In this document: positions 1 to 11,989 of the stretch, piece by piece
How positions within the stretch are numbered: the stretch's first letter is position 1
How the letters are laid out: each line of letters starts with the position of its first letter
From: Eledone cirrhosa
Lineage: Eukaryota
Assembly (NCBI GenBank): GCA_964016885.1
Contig: OZ024745.1
Coordinates: forward strand, 77,314,001 to 77,378,000
Length of the DNA stretch: 64,000 bases
Direction of reading: 5' to 3'
Program-made: the position numbers and the translations under genes
The notes under the pieces: generated by a model
The model's database searches: none
The model's input: only the letters and a program-made list of their open reading frames with translations
What the model was told of the DNA's origin: nothing

Positions 1-294
1 ATTAGCTTCAATGCCTGCTTCAATATGGGGCCTGAAGCATTGGCATGTCTGAATCAGATGACCTCTATGAATACTGGACATTATGCTGATAATAGCAGAC
101 TTGAGAGCTTCTATAACATTATGAGGGTGATGATTAAACTCTGTTTCAACTACATCCCATATGTAATAGTTCAGGGAATTGAGGTCTAGTGAGATGGATT
201 AGCTTAGTATTTCTTGTGCTGTTAATCATGACCAGATTTAGATCGAGGAGAAGGGGACTGGTCCAGTTCAGGTTTGGTGGCATCTTCATATAAC

Positions 295-386
<92 letters not shown>

Positions 387-416
387 TACATATATATACA
401 TATATACATATATATA

Positions 417-1309
417 CAAGGAGGCTTCAAAAATTTTGTGGAAAAAGTACATAGCTAAAAATCATATGCAGGGATTTTGATTTCAATGCACCTGCACGTT
501 CTCTTACTAACATGTCATAGTATGTTCTAACATGAACCCTTAAATGCATGTTGCAATACAGTGGCACCAGTTGGAAGTCAGCACCTGCTTCAGCAACATG
601 GTCTCCATCAAAACATCAAATTCATGGTGAAGCTAGGGGGAAGAGCAGCCAAATCATTGACACCCTGGAGCAAGTTTATGGGGACAATGCCCCAAAGAAA
701 TCAACAACCTACAAGTGGATAAGTCGTTTTAGAATTGAAAGAGATGAAGTTGAAGATGATCCCCAATTGAAGATGTAAAAAAAGCTGCTTTGACATGGTT
801 TAAATCGCATGGCCCTTAGTTTTACACAGATGGACCTAAAGGCTGGTATCAATGCTTGCAAAACTGTATTGAGCTAGGTGGAGCATATGTTGTAAAATCA
901 TTATTTTCATCATCATCATTTTATGTCCGCTTTTCCCTGCTTGCAAGGGTGGGACGGGAACTGATTCTGGCTTGATCTCTACAGCTGGATGCAGTTCCTA
1001 ACACCAACCTCATTTACAGTGAGGGCTGGGTGCTTTTTTGCCGTGGCACCTCCACAACCACTTTGCAGTAGAATGATAGGGACCCCAGTCCCTATCATCT
1101 CATTTCTACAGCTGAGTAAACTGGAGCAATGTGAAATAAAGTGTCTTGCTCAAGGAAACAACACATCACCCGGTCTGAGAATTGAACTCACAACCTTTCA
1201 ATTGCAAGGCCAATGCTCTAACCACTAAGCCATGTGTCTCCATAAACATCATAATTTAAAACATTTTTTCCAACTGTCCTTTTTCCACGAACCTTTTGAA
1301 GTACCCTCG
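417..1309 (+). mobile_element. Internally deleted mariner (Hsmar2-like) DNA transposon, interrupted by a SINE
   Basis: Imperfect 29-bp TIRs (caaggaggcttcaaaaattttgtggaaaa / ttttccacgaaccttttgaagtaccctcg) flanked by TA. ORF 548-778 has the mariner HTH motif VYGDNAPKKSTTYKWISRFR...VEDDP. Confidence 0.85.
908..1243 (-). mobile_element. tRNA-derived SINE family A (tRNA head, central core, RTE-like 3' tail ending (GAT)n)
   Basis: Minus strand has A box tggcttagtgg and B box agttcaattc, core tccttgagcaagacacttta, and a tail ggttggtgttaggaa...catccagctgtag shared with the RTE LINE 3' UTR. Near-identical copy at 26465-26792. Confidence 0.85.
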
Positions 1310-2176
1310 TATATAAAATTGCTTATTTGTTGGTCTGTTTGTTACCAATGCGCTCAAAAGCCAATAAATCAATCATGTTCAAACTTAGCATGAAAGATCT
1401 TTCAACGCAACTACAGGCTGTCCTCAAACTTAGACCTATATTCTTTAAAGGGACAGGAGATAATCCACATTCAACGATAATCCTCTTTCCCACTAATATT
1501 TGTCTCGACTGTTAGTTTGAAGGCTACAAAGTTCTTTCCCTTTAAGAATAACCTCACCTTCTCCCTCACCTTCTCCCTCACCTTTCTGCCACCACTTCCG
1601 TGAGCATGCATTTATTGAACTCAGACCTGTTCCTTCTCGAAATATAAGAACATATGAATAAATAAGATAATGCACATCATGTTTCATCTTAATTTCTTCA
1701 AGCAAACTACAATACTCTTCTATTCTCTTTCTATATATATTTATATTACATGTGATACGATTATTAGAAGTGTTACATGTGTTACACCTTGAAGCAATCG
1801 TTGGTTCAGAAGAATTTTAAATTTTTAAATCGTGACACTGCAAGCAAAAAATGCCACCAAAGAATAGACCTTCATTTGGAAGAAAGTTTCATAAAGCTAG
1901 GGATTGTGCAGCTAAATGTTGTTAAACGACATTACTGTCTTAATTATTATTTTAATGTCCATTTCTTTTTGTTGCATGGTTTAAATGGTTCTGCTGTGCA
2001 GCATATTAACACATTCATCTTGGTCTTTTGTTATGTCCTTTATGAGGCTCAACATTGTAATATTTGACTAACTTTTCCCAGGTTTTCATTAGTTTTCTGC
2101 CACATGCATATCTCTCTAATAGAAAACAAGTCTTTTTTCATCTAGCACTCCTCATCCATTCACTTCATATCCTTAA

Positions 2177-2349
2177 CCCTTTAACATTTACATCACATTA
2201 TTTTCATAATATCGAATCTATGAGATTTTAATATTACTTATTTTGAGAACAATACCGCAACATCCATATGAGTGGCTGGTTACAGCCGGTTTGAACAGAA
2301 AAAGGTGAGAAAATTCTGGCCGGATATGGCCGGTTTAAATGCTAAAGGG
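2177..2349. mobile_element. piggyBac-type MITE (TTAA-flanked, TIR ccctttarcattta)
   Basis: ttaa-ccctttaacattta ... taaatgctaaaggg-ttta. Related copies at about 31342-31522, 41381-41585, 41756-41980 and 58317-58533. Confidence 0.75.
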
Positions 2350-3076
2350 TTTATAGTACAGTTCAGCTGATACCTTTAACATTCATCCACTCTCTCTCAA
2401 TGCAATAGAACTCCACTGTTCATCTACTGGACCATACTTACAACATTTCTCCAGTCTTTACAGATCTTCAACATTTATGATAGTATATCTTGTTGGACTA
2501 CGTGTCTCTTAGATAGAGATCATGTCTAAATAAACATTGGGAGTTTGGGGAAATAAGTGGTAGTACTGCTAACATAAATTAGCTCAATAAAATGATTTCT
2601 AACTTGGTTCAAAGCCACAATTTATTTTTTTGACCAGTTAGTTATATTGTAAGGTGGCAAATTGGTTAGAAGTCATTAGAACATTGAATACAATGTTTTG
2701 TGGTATACATTCCAGCTTTCTGCACTGAGTTCAAATCCCACCAAGGTCAACTTTGCCTTTCATTCTTTCACAGTCAATAAAAAAGTACCAGTCAATTACT
2801 AGGGTCAATTCTTCCATTATATCTCTTTCTCACTTCCTTTCTCTCACTCTCTGTCCCTTTCTGGAGGAAATCTGCTGTACTTAGACCTGGAAAGGAGATG
2901 GGCTCCAACAGGTTTAATACCATGCCCCAAGAAATGCTGTATGTCAATATGGCACACCTATGATACCCCCATGAGTTATAGATTCATACATACATAACAA
3001 AAAAGCCCAAGATATGTTGTATGTTACAATGGCACCCATATAACTCCATCCCATCAGGAGTTATGGGTTCATACAT

Positions 3077-3117
<41 letters not shown>

Positions 3118-3120
<3 letters not shown>

Positions 3121-3469
3121 TCATCATCATCATCATCAACGTTTAACGTCCGTGTTCCACGCTTGCATGGGTTTGGACGGGGGTAGTCCCACTTGAGGCA
3201 AGAGTGATTGTCTTGCTCGCATAGGACTGTCTGGCAGGTTTTCTACAGTTGGATGCCCTTCCTAACACCAACCACATTTACAGTGTGGGTCTGGGAGGTT
3301 TTTACCGTGTTGCCTACACGGCCACATTACAGCGTGGACTGTGTGTTTTTTTGTCGTGACACCTACACGATCTCATTTGTTTCGGCCTCGATGGCACGGC
3401 ACCAACATAACTTTACATAGAACGGGGTGGTGTGGATGGGGTGGGGGTGGTGGTGGTGGGACGGGGTGT
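3118..3469 (-). mobile_element. Young RTE LINE, 3' UTR-only copy inserted in (TA)n
   Basis: Reverse complement of the 3' end of 53808-55708. (CAT)n tail at left, (TA)n on both sides. Confidence 0.85.
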
Positions 3470-3470
3470 A

Positions 3471-3515
<45 letters not shown>

Positions 3516-3589
3516 GGATAAGGTTTTATATTTTGTTTTTATTATATAATAATCTCAATTCAGTGAACTGTTTGATGACACTGCATGAG

Positions 3590-3828
3590 GCAGATGTGGA
3601 CTCCGCAGGCCGTAGTGAAGGAAAACCATCTAGGAAAGCAGTGATTCTGATTAAAAACAACTGTATGGGGTAGATGTGGACCCCGTAAACTGTAGTGAAG
3701 GCAACCCATTTAGGAAGGCAGTGACTCAATGTAAAAACAACTGTACAGGGCAGACATGGGCCCCATAAGCTGTAGTGAAGGCTACCTGTCTAGGAGAGGA
3801 GACACTCCAAATAAAAACTGATACAGGG
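3590..3828. repeat. Three diverged ~80-bp tandem repeats
   Basis: Units start at about 3590, 3670 and 3750, each containing g(c/t)aga..tgg...(c/t)gtagtgaagg.....tagg...aaaaac. Confidence 0.75.
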
Positions 3829-3969
3829 TGAAGAGGACTCTTAAGTCTGGTAAGTCAACCTCTCTAGTGCTGGTGACATGAGCAATGCGCCTAGTCAATG
3901 CTGTAAAGTGGTTGGTGATAGGAAGGGAATCCAGCCAGTAAAACCCAGCTGAAATTATGAAAAGCATGA

Positions 3970-4352
3970 CCAATATGATTTGAAATGAAACAACCATGTT
4001 TCAATGTAAATGTGAGAAAAAGGCAGAGCTTGGACGAGCTGAGGGAGAAGCTGGGTTTAAGGGAAATCCAAGATGGTCTGCAGGAGAAAAGACTGCATTG
4101 GTATGGACATGTGATGTGTATGGACAATGACAGATGGATGAAGAAATGCTTGGAAATCCCAGTGGAAGGAAGCCACAATAGAGGACGACCAAGAACGACC
4201 TGGACAGAGGTTGTGAGAGTGGATCTCAAATCGCTAAGACTGGCAGATGAGATGATGAAGGAACATGACAAGTGGAGAGGTTCTGTGCTGAGAAGGACCC
4301 ACCTAACTCATGCAAGCATGGAAAGGCGGATGTAAAAACAATGATGATGATG
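3970..4352 (+). mobile_element. Older RTE LINE 3' fragment
   Basis: ORF 3985-4335 has RLHWYGHV..M......KK...VEG...RGRPRTTW, followed by a (GAT)n tail. Confidence 0.85.
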
Positions 4353-4383
<31 letters not shown>

Positions 4384-4384
4384 C

Positions 4385-4440
<56 letters not shown>

Positions 4441-4442
<2 letters not shown>

Positions 4443-5131
4443 GAAAGACGATAGCTGTATAACAAATTGCAGGGCAATAAAGATAGACGGTAGCCACGGA
4501 ATAGGCAGACCCAGAAAAACCTGGGACGAGCTGATAAATTCCGACCTCACACACTTACACCTCTCCAAGACAATGTCCCTGGACCGAGACCTTTGGCGGT
4601 ACTCAGTAATAGAGAAGACCCGCCTTACCTAAATACAAAGTAAAACCTACTACAGTCAGTAGGCATCTCTAACAAAATACACCCCCGTCCCACCACCCCC
4701 ACCCCATCCACACCGCCCCTTTCAATGTAAAGTTATGTTGGTGCCACAACATCCAGGCCGAAACAAATGAGATCGTGTATGTGTCACGACAAAAAAACAC
4801 ACAGTTCACGCTGTAATGTGGCCGTATAGGCAACACGGTAAAAACCTCCCAGCCCCACACTGTAAATGTGGTTGGTGTTAGGAAGGGCATCCAGCTGTAG
4901 AAAACCCGCCAGACAGTCCACACTGTAATGTGGCCCTGTAGGCAACACGGTAAAAACCTCCCAGCCCCACACTGTAAATGTGGTTGGTGTTAGGAAGGGC
5001 ATCCAGCTGTAGAAAACCCGCCAGATAGTCCTATGCGAGCAAGATAATCACTCTTGCCTCAAGTGGGAAAACCCCCGTCCAAACCCATGCAAGCGTGGAA
5101 CACGGACGTTAAACGTTGATGATGATGATGA

Positions 5132-5134
<3 letters not shown>
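4441..5134 (+). mobile_element. Young RTE LINE, 5'-truncated copy in (TA)n
   Basis: MKDDSCITNCRAIKIDGSHGIGRPRKTWDELINSDL... is near-identical to 55002-55202. The 3' UTR has a duplicated ~112-bp unit and a (GAT)n tail. Confidence 0.9.
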
Positions 5135-5202
<68 letters not shown>

Positions 5203-5715
5203 ATGACATAAGAAAGATAGCTGTTCAAAACTTCATGTAATGTAAAATTTCAGTTTTTCTTACTTTTACTAAAAGTAAAATTATTGCTTTTTAACATAAA
5301 TGAGATTTGTTTTATTTTATCTTTCTATGATTATTAAATACTTTGAGTTCAGAAACAATTTATATTTGAGTAATTGTTTCCAATTCCTATATTTTAACAG
5401 GAGGAAAAAGAAGGAAAAAAGAGAATGTTAGAGAAGGATTGAAGCATTATTAGTTCTCTCTCAGTAGTTGAGATAAATTTAATGTAGACATAACTAGAGT
5501 TTATAAGACTCACTGTGAAAATATATACATTTTGTTATACACTTCCTACACAAAAATACATGTTTTTTTGTGTATGAAGGGAGGGGGGACTGTGTGTTAG
5601 ATTGCAATTGGTTCCTAGAAAAAGTGTTCCAGCTGTTCAAACTATTGGACCTGCTCAGGAAATTAACATCTGTACGATATATATATATATATGTATAAAT
5701 ATATATATATATGTA

Positions 5716-5753
<38 letters not shown>

Positions 5754-5755
5754 AA

Positions 5756-6106
5756 GAAAAAAAGATGAAATTGAAAATGCAACTGGAGTCTTATTTTTAA
5801 AAAAAATATTTATATTTATTTGGTTCCTTTACCGGTTTCGCAGTTCTTCTGCTTTTCAAAAGTAGAGTTGAGATGGAGGGTCTATGGTTTTTCTTACATC
5901 AGATGTGAGAAAAACCACAGACCCTCCATCTCAACTCTACTTTTGAAAAGCAGAAGAACTGCGAAACCGGTAAAGGAACCAAATAAATATAAATATTTTT
6001 TTTAAAAATAAGACTCCAGTTGCATTTTCGATTTCATCTTTTTTTCCATATACTTTCACTCGTATAGGACACCTCGGTTATTTTTCATTTTGTAAAAAAA
6101 CCTCAC

Positions 6107-6111
<5 letters not shown>
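5756..6111 (+). mobile_element. Fold-back palindrome (145-bp arms, centre 5901) plus ~65-nt tail between (TA)n tracts; Penelope-like pLTR remnant
   Basis: 5756-5900 is the reverse complement of 5902-6046 with about 3 mismatches. Contains a hammerhead motif. Confidence 0.7.
5938..5977 (+). ncRNA. Minimal type I hammerhead ribozyme, U3-A8 core variant
   Basis: ctt-TTGAAAA-GCAG-aagaa-CTGC-GAAA-CCGG-TA-aag: stem I ctt/aag, stem II GCAG/CTGC, palindromic ACCGGT stem III, GUA cleavage triplet. Mirror copy on the minus strand in the left arm. Confidence 0.7.
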
Positions 6112-6158
<47 letters not shown>

Positions 6159-6418
6159 TATCATCATCATCATCATTGTTTAACGTCCATTTTCCACGCT
6201 AGCATGAGTTAGACAGGTTATCCCATTAGAGGCAAGTTGGGTCAGGGGACCGTGTCTTGCTCATATAGAACTGTTTCTGGCTAGGTTTCTATGACTGAAT
6301 ACCCTTCCTAATGTCAACCACATTTACAGTGTGTTGGGTGCTTTTTGTCGTGACTCTTACATGATCACTTTACAGTGTGGGTTGGGTGCTTTTTGTCGTG
6401 ACACCTACATGATCACTT

Positions 6419-6497
<79 letters not shown>

Positions 6498-6714
6498 TTA
6501 ATTGGATGAAAATGATTCTACAGGACCAGCACTGTTTCACTCAGTTGAAATCCTTAGATATATACATAGATCTTTTATTAAGGCTAAATCAAAAAGTCAC
6601 ATTACTCAGGAGTTTTGCCTCTGAATATATTGCAAACTGTTTGAAAAATCATGCATCTATAAACAGAAATAAATGAGAATTAATTAAGATTTTAATATGA
6701 ATTATATTAAAGAT

Positions 6715-6975
6715 CACGAATACAAGCGGCCGAAATGGGAGTCCTCCAAATCGTCTTTGGAGTAATGTTACTCAATAAAGTGCATAGCTCGGAGATCAGA
6801 GAGTCACTCCAGGTAGAGCTACTACTTCTCCAAATTGAGAGATCACAGCTCCGATACTATGAAGAAGAAGAAGAGGAAGAAGGAGAAGAAGGGGTAGGGG
6901 TAGGGGAGGAGGAGGAGGAGGAGGAGGAGGAGGAGGAGAAGAAGAAGAAGAAGAAGAAGAAGAAGAAGAAGAAGA
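6715..6975 (+). mobile_element. RTE (Expander/Rex3-like) 3' fragment followed by a (GAA)/(GAG) microsatellite
   Basis: IQAAEMGVL...RSSEIRESLQVELLLLQIERSQLRYY; same family as 20340-21213 and 61975-63575. Confidence 0.75.
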
Positions 6976-6978
6976 TTA

Positions 6979-7315
6979 TCTATATATCTAAAACAGGGAA
7001 TGTCTGTCTGTCTGTCTGTCTGTCTGTCTGACTCCCTAAAACTCGAGAACCACCCAACTGATTGTTTTTAAACTTTACACATGTAATACTTATGGTCCTG
7101 TGAGTGTTTTGAGCAAAATATATTTCAAATTTTCAATGCCCTAGGGACCGCATTAGGCGATTTAGTGACCTCTCTCTATAATTCTTAGTCTTTCTTTTTA
7201 GATAGATACATAGATATAACGTTGCGCCCTTATAATATCTGTCTGTATGTCTGGCTCTCTGCATTACGACATTATGACGTCACTATATGTGTGTGTGTGT
7301 GTATATATATATATA

Positions 7316-7348
<33 letters not shown>

Positions 7349-7633
7349 GTGTGTAACGATTTTCGAAATATTTACTTCTGCGTTCACAGATTGATTTTTT
7401 TAGTTTCAGAAGATCCCGTTAAGGGTGAAAGCAGCGATTCTTTGCTTAAACTTTAATCTGTTATTTTAATATATATATATATAATTATATATTCGTGTAC
7501 AGATATTTTTGCATACACAATAACAAAATATAAACAAACGTATTTATTTCACAAGGCTCGATAAGGATAAATATATATCAAATATATAAGAACCATAAAG
7601 CAAATCCCGAGCAACGCCGGACCATTCTGCTAG
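6979..7633 (+). mobile_element. Non-autonomous Helitron
   Basis: A|TCTATATATCTAAAAC... 5' end with a (CTGT)n tract, subterminal GC hairpin ccgagcaacgccgg, CTAG|T 3' end, inserted between A and T without a TSD. Confidence 0.8.
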
Positions 7634-9126
7634 TAAGCACTATTTTTGAGACAATTTAGCAACAGACAGGGCATGCTGCATAATTTAATTCATTCATTTA
7701 TTTCTCATCACAAATATTGAACTGAAATACAATACTGCTATGTTGAATATTAGTAGAGTAGTCTATTGTTGGATCCAAGTAAATAACCCGTTTTACTAGT
7801 GTTAAATAACTGATGAATTATCTATCTTGTGGAGATTAATTCTTAATGTCCTGTAATGCATCAAACTGCATTTGCAAGACATTTGCAAAAAGTACAAAGC
7901 AGCAACCTGACTGCTTTCCAGGACAACATCCTTTGCGGCATAGAGTTACAGTAGAGGAGTATATTTATATTATGACCATATAACAGTATTAGACTTTGGG
8001 GTTCCCCGAAAAGTTTCTGAACCAAAAAGGGTTCTGTGTTTGAAAAAGTTTGGGAAACCCTACTCTAGTGTGTAATTGGTCACATGATTGCTTGGCAAGG
8101 AATAGGTATGTGTTTTGAGTACCATCAGTGACTGTTCTACCTTAAATAATTTTCTACCTTAAATTAATTATTATGTTTAATTTAGAAAATATTGAGGAAA
8201 ATAATTTGAAACATCATTACATCAGTAACAATTTTATTAAAAAAAACAATAACCTATTAATTAAAGTGCATTACATTTGTTGTTTAGCTCTAGATCAGAC
8301 CTCAGCAAAGTGATTTGTAATCAAAACTCTGCAGCCTTGAATGTCCACTGTTTTTGTATATCTACGGCTACATTATTCAGTAAATCCCTTCCTGTTTTAA
8401 AATGGCAGGAAGTGATCTAAGAAAACTTTGCTACTACTTCTAGTAGGTTGGGCCACCATATAGAGACCTCATTATTGGCCTATTTAAGGAATTAAGTAAT
8501 GGGTTAATGAAAATTTTACTAAAATCTCATGTGCGTCAATTCTATCATTGGAATTCCTCCAGAAACATAATTTGTAAGAGGACAAAATATAAAATCCAGT
8601 GTACAAAACTAATTATTCTTTCGTTCTTTTTATTTATATATTTATTTATTCCATTTTAATTTTTATTATTAGATAAATGACATTGTAAAAATAAAAGCAT
8701 TATTTTTGCATATCAAAAGAGTTCCAATATAATGTGGACATACACAAGCACATACCCACACACACATATCTCCATTATATTTTTATAAGCCAATGATACA
8801 AAGAAGTATCACAGTATATTTGAATTTATTCTATTTTTCCGAGAATATAAATAGATGAGACTGATGATGAAGGTGACAGGAAGAGAGAGTATAAGTGTGA
8901 TGGATGAAACAGAGTGATAGAATGGTAAAGGAAGAACTAAAGGAAAAGACACAGAGATAGTTACATGTTGGCTGCTGGTAAGGAAATTCAATAGGAAACA
9001 ACATGAGCAGCATGATGGGATAGAAATAATGGGAGAGGGAGTAAGTGATGTATAGAAATAGATATAGAGATGGGTGATGGTAAGTAAGAGTGTAGATGAC
9101 AGTGAAATGTCACATGGATCATTCTA

Positions 9127-9234
<108 letters not shown>

Positions 9235-9399
9235 AGTGAGTGATGGACAGAGAGAAAGATGAGTGATGACAAGAATGATAGATGTCAGTGAAGAAAGCTT
9301 GTGCTAGGGGCTGATAGTGGATGGATTGAATACTGACAGATCAAATACCATCCATGTTACACAAGCAGTATGGTAAAGTGAATAAGAGAGAGGGGAAGT

Positions 9400-9910
9400 G
9401 ATAGATGAGAGGGTAATGAAGAGCCTAATAGCTATCTTTGCCAAGTTTACTTTAAGTTCTTGCAGTTCTGGATTCCATATCTGCAATTTCAATTCTAGAT
9501 CTTCAGCAAATCCAGTTATAAAACCTAGGTCATCAACACACAGGAGTTCCCAAATACAGCCACCACTCTTAAATTCTTCAGTTATTGCTTGGGGATCTAT
9601 AATAATAAAAAGGGTTGATAACTAAGACCTAATGGACTTGCTTTGCTAAATTTGTCACTGAATTAATTTGACTGTATCTCTGTGCATGGCTTGTAAAGCC
9701 TTCACAAGCCATCCACCAATACACCAGATTAAAGGTTGTAGAATCTTGTCAAATACCTTCTCCAGATCAACAAATGCTAGGTATAGGGGCTTACCCTAAG
9801 CTAGGTATTTCTCCAGCAGTTGTCTTACTTGGAAGGTGGCATAAGAAGTACCTTTCTGGCACAAAGCCAAGCTGCATTACATCTAGGTTAATTCTGTTCT
9901 ATGCTATAAT
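9400..9910 (-). mobile_element. Degenerate RTE reverse-transcriptase fragments
   Basis: Minus-strand remnants LEKYLA...LYLAFVDLEKVFD and ELKLQIW...LKVNLAK. Confidence 0.65.
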
Positions 9911-9984
9911 TCGTAACTATATGCTGTAACTATATGCCATAAAGCATATTGTCCGACACTGTACCAATACTGATAGTAATAATA

Positions 9985-10418
9985 ATAACAATCCAAACAG
10001 ATAGAGTTCTTGAACATACAAAGTCAGACATAACTTTGATGGAGAAAAGTACTGACAGGAGGTGTTTGTTGATTGATGTAGCTTGCCCAAGAGACCATTA
10101 GATCAATAGTAAGAAAAACGAGAAATTGTAAAGCATGCAGACTCGAGAATAGATGTTGAGAGAATATAGAATATGAAAACAAGAGTGGTACCAATTGTGA
10201 TTGAAGCACTTGAGGTGGTGACGGAAAGCTTCCAGTAAAACCTTGATAGAATTGGAATCAGCCCCAGCTTTACAACATGGCAGAAAACAATACATTTGGG
10301 AAACAGCAAACACCCTGCAGAGGTTCCTGTCTATCTGAGGTTACATAACCTGATAAGGAGTCAATTAAATGATCCAGTGTTAATAAGATCATCATTGTGT
10401 AAATGAATAATAATAATA

Positions 10419-10420
<2 letters not shown>
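9985..10420 (+). mobile_element. R4/Dong-like non-LTR element, 3' end (REL endonuclease remnant) with (TAA)n tail
   Basis: Decayed PD...IDVACP...KE.EK..K..D...W.MKTRVVPIVI.AL...LGTA..L..VL motif followed by a taa repeat. A second fragment lies on the minus strand at about 11440-11705. Confidence 0.65.
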
Positions 10421-10453
<33 letters not shown>

Positions 10454-10957
10454 TATTATTATTTATTACTGCCACAAGGGCAACACATGAGAAGATATTA
10501 GAAGGGCAAACATTATAATGATGATGATGATGATTATGATAACAATTATATGACTTAGAATACTAAACAAATTTTTTAAGTATGTTTATCATAATGCTTA
10601 ACATTTATTTTCAAAAATGTGTTTTTGAGTTTTTATTTTAAAAATATTTCTTTTGTTATGCAATAATCATAAATGATGAAATCATAAACAAATATTTTAT
10701 TTTTTACAATTCACATTTTTGGAAGTTTGACATTTAGCAATCTTTATGTGTGTTTAAACAGTTTAGTGGAAAATTTTTTTAATATTTACAGAAACTAAAA
10801 TGGAGCCATCTAGTAGTGCTGATGAGGATGATGAGAGTTCTAATGATTCTGTCATTTCACCCCCCCCCCCCCCCGCCCTTATAACAATAATAATAATTAT
10901 TATTATTATCATTATTATCATTATTATCATTATTATCATTATTATCATTAGCATCTT

Positions 10958-11920
10958 ATCCCGCCGAGGTTAACTTTGCCTTTCATCCTTACGGGGTGGA
11001 TAAAATAAAGTACCAGTAATGTACTGGGTGATTGCAGCCTTGTGCCTAAAATAGAAACAATTATTATCATTAACATCAGACGCCATGCTTTGCAGCATAC
11101 AGTTATGGCTCTTTACGTTCTTAGCCCAAATCCCACTGAAGTTAGCTTTGCCTTTCATCCTTACGGGGTCGATAAAAGAAAGTACCAGTAATGCACTGGG
11201 GTAATTGCTTGCCTTGTGCCAAAAGTAGAAACATTATTATTATTATTACAGTGGATTGGCAGTATTGGTAGAGGGTCGGACACCATGCTTTGATGTATAG
11301 AGTTATGGGCCTTGCCATTCTGAGTTCAAATCTCGCCGAGGTTAACTTTGCCTTTCATCCTTACGGGGTCGATAAAATAAAGTACCGGTAATGTACTGGG
11401 TAATTGATGGCCAAACGTAGAAACAATTATTATTATTATTATTGTTTTTTCACTCCACTTCTAACGCTGGAGATGTATTACAATGTTAGCTGTTCACTAC
11501 CAGTGAACTGAAGTAACACCCCTTATTTTTCAGCTACCCTCTGGAGTATTCAAGCTGTTCCAAGCAATGCTGTTTTTTGTAAGTGTTCCATCCATATTGC
11601 AATCCCTATTTGTTTGATGTACTTCTCAAGATCTCTACTCACTGTTCCCAAGATTCCATCTATTATTGGTATTACCACCATCTTTTTCGATAACCACAAC
11701 TGCTTATATTATTATTATTATTATATCTTTGAGGGTGGTGAATTGGCAGTATCGATAGAGGGTTGGACGCCATGCTTTCTAGCATAGTTACATCCCTTTA
11801 CGGTCTGAGTTCAAATCCCATCAAGGTTAACTTTGCCTTTCATCCTTATGGGGTCGATAAAATAAAGTACCAGTAATGTACTGGGTGATTGCTGGCCTTG
11901 TGCCAAAAGTAGAAACAATT
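10958..11920 (+). mobile_element. Cluster of 4 tandem SINE family B copies (core gcctttcatccttacggggtcgataaaataaagtaccag, (ATT)n tail)
   Basis: Copies at about 10958-11065 (5' truncated), 11078-11240, 11249-11430 and 11732-11920. B box gagttcaaatc. From memory the core resembles the MetaSINE-type conserved domain; not verified. Confidence 0.85.
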
Positions 11921-11989
11921 ATTTCTTTTATTTTCATTTTTTAATAATGATAATAATAACAATAACTATTACACCACTTGTTGAGGAAA

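Noticed and set aside
146-480. Overlapping short ORFs with VCVC/IYIY/HTHT repeats
   Set aside because: Microsatellite artefacts. The same applies at 4226-4632, 8988-9272 and 48187-48549.
3590-3828. CRISPR-like array
   Set aside because: Eukaryotic context, whole units are homologous with no unique spacers, and there are no cas genes.
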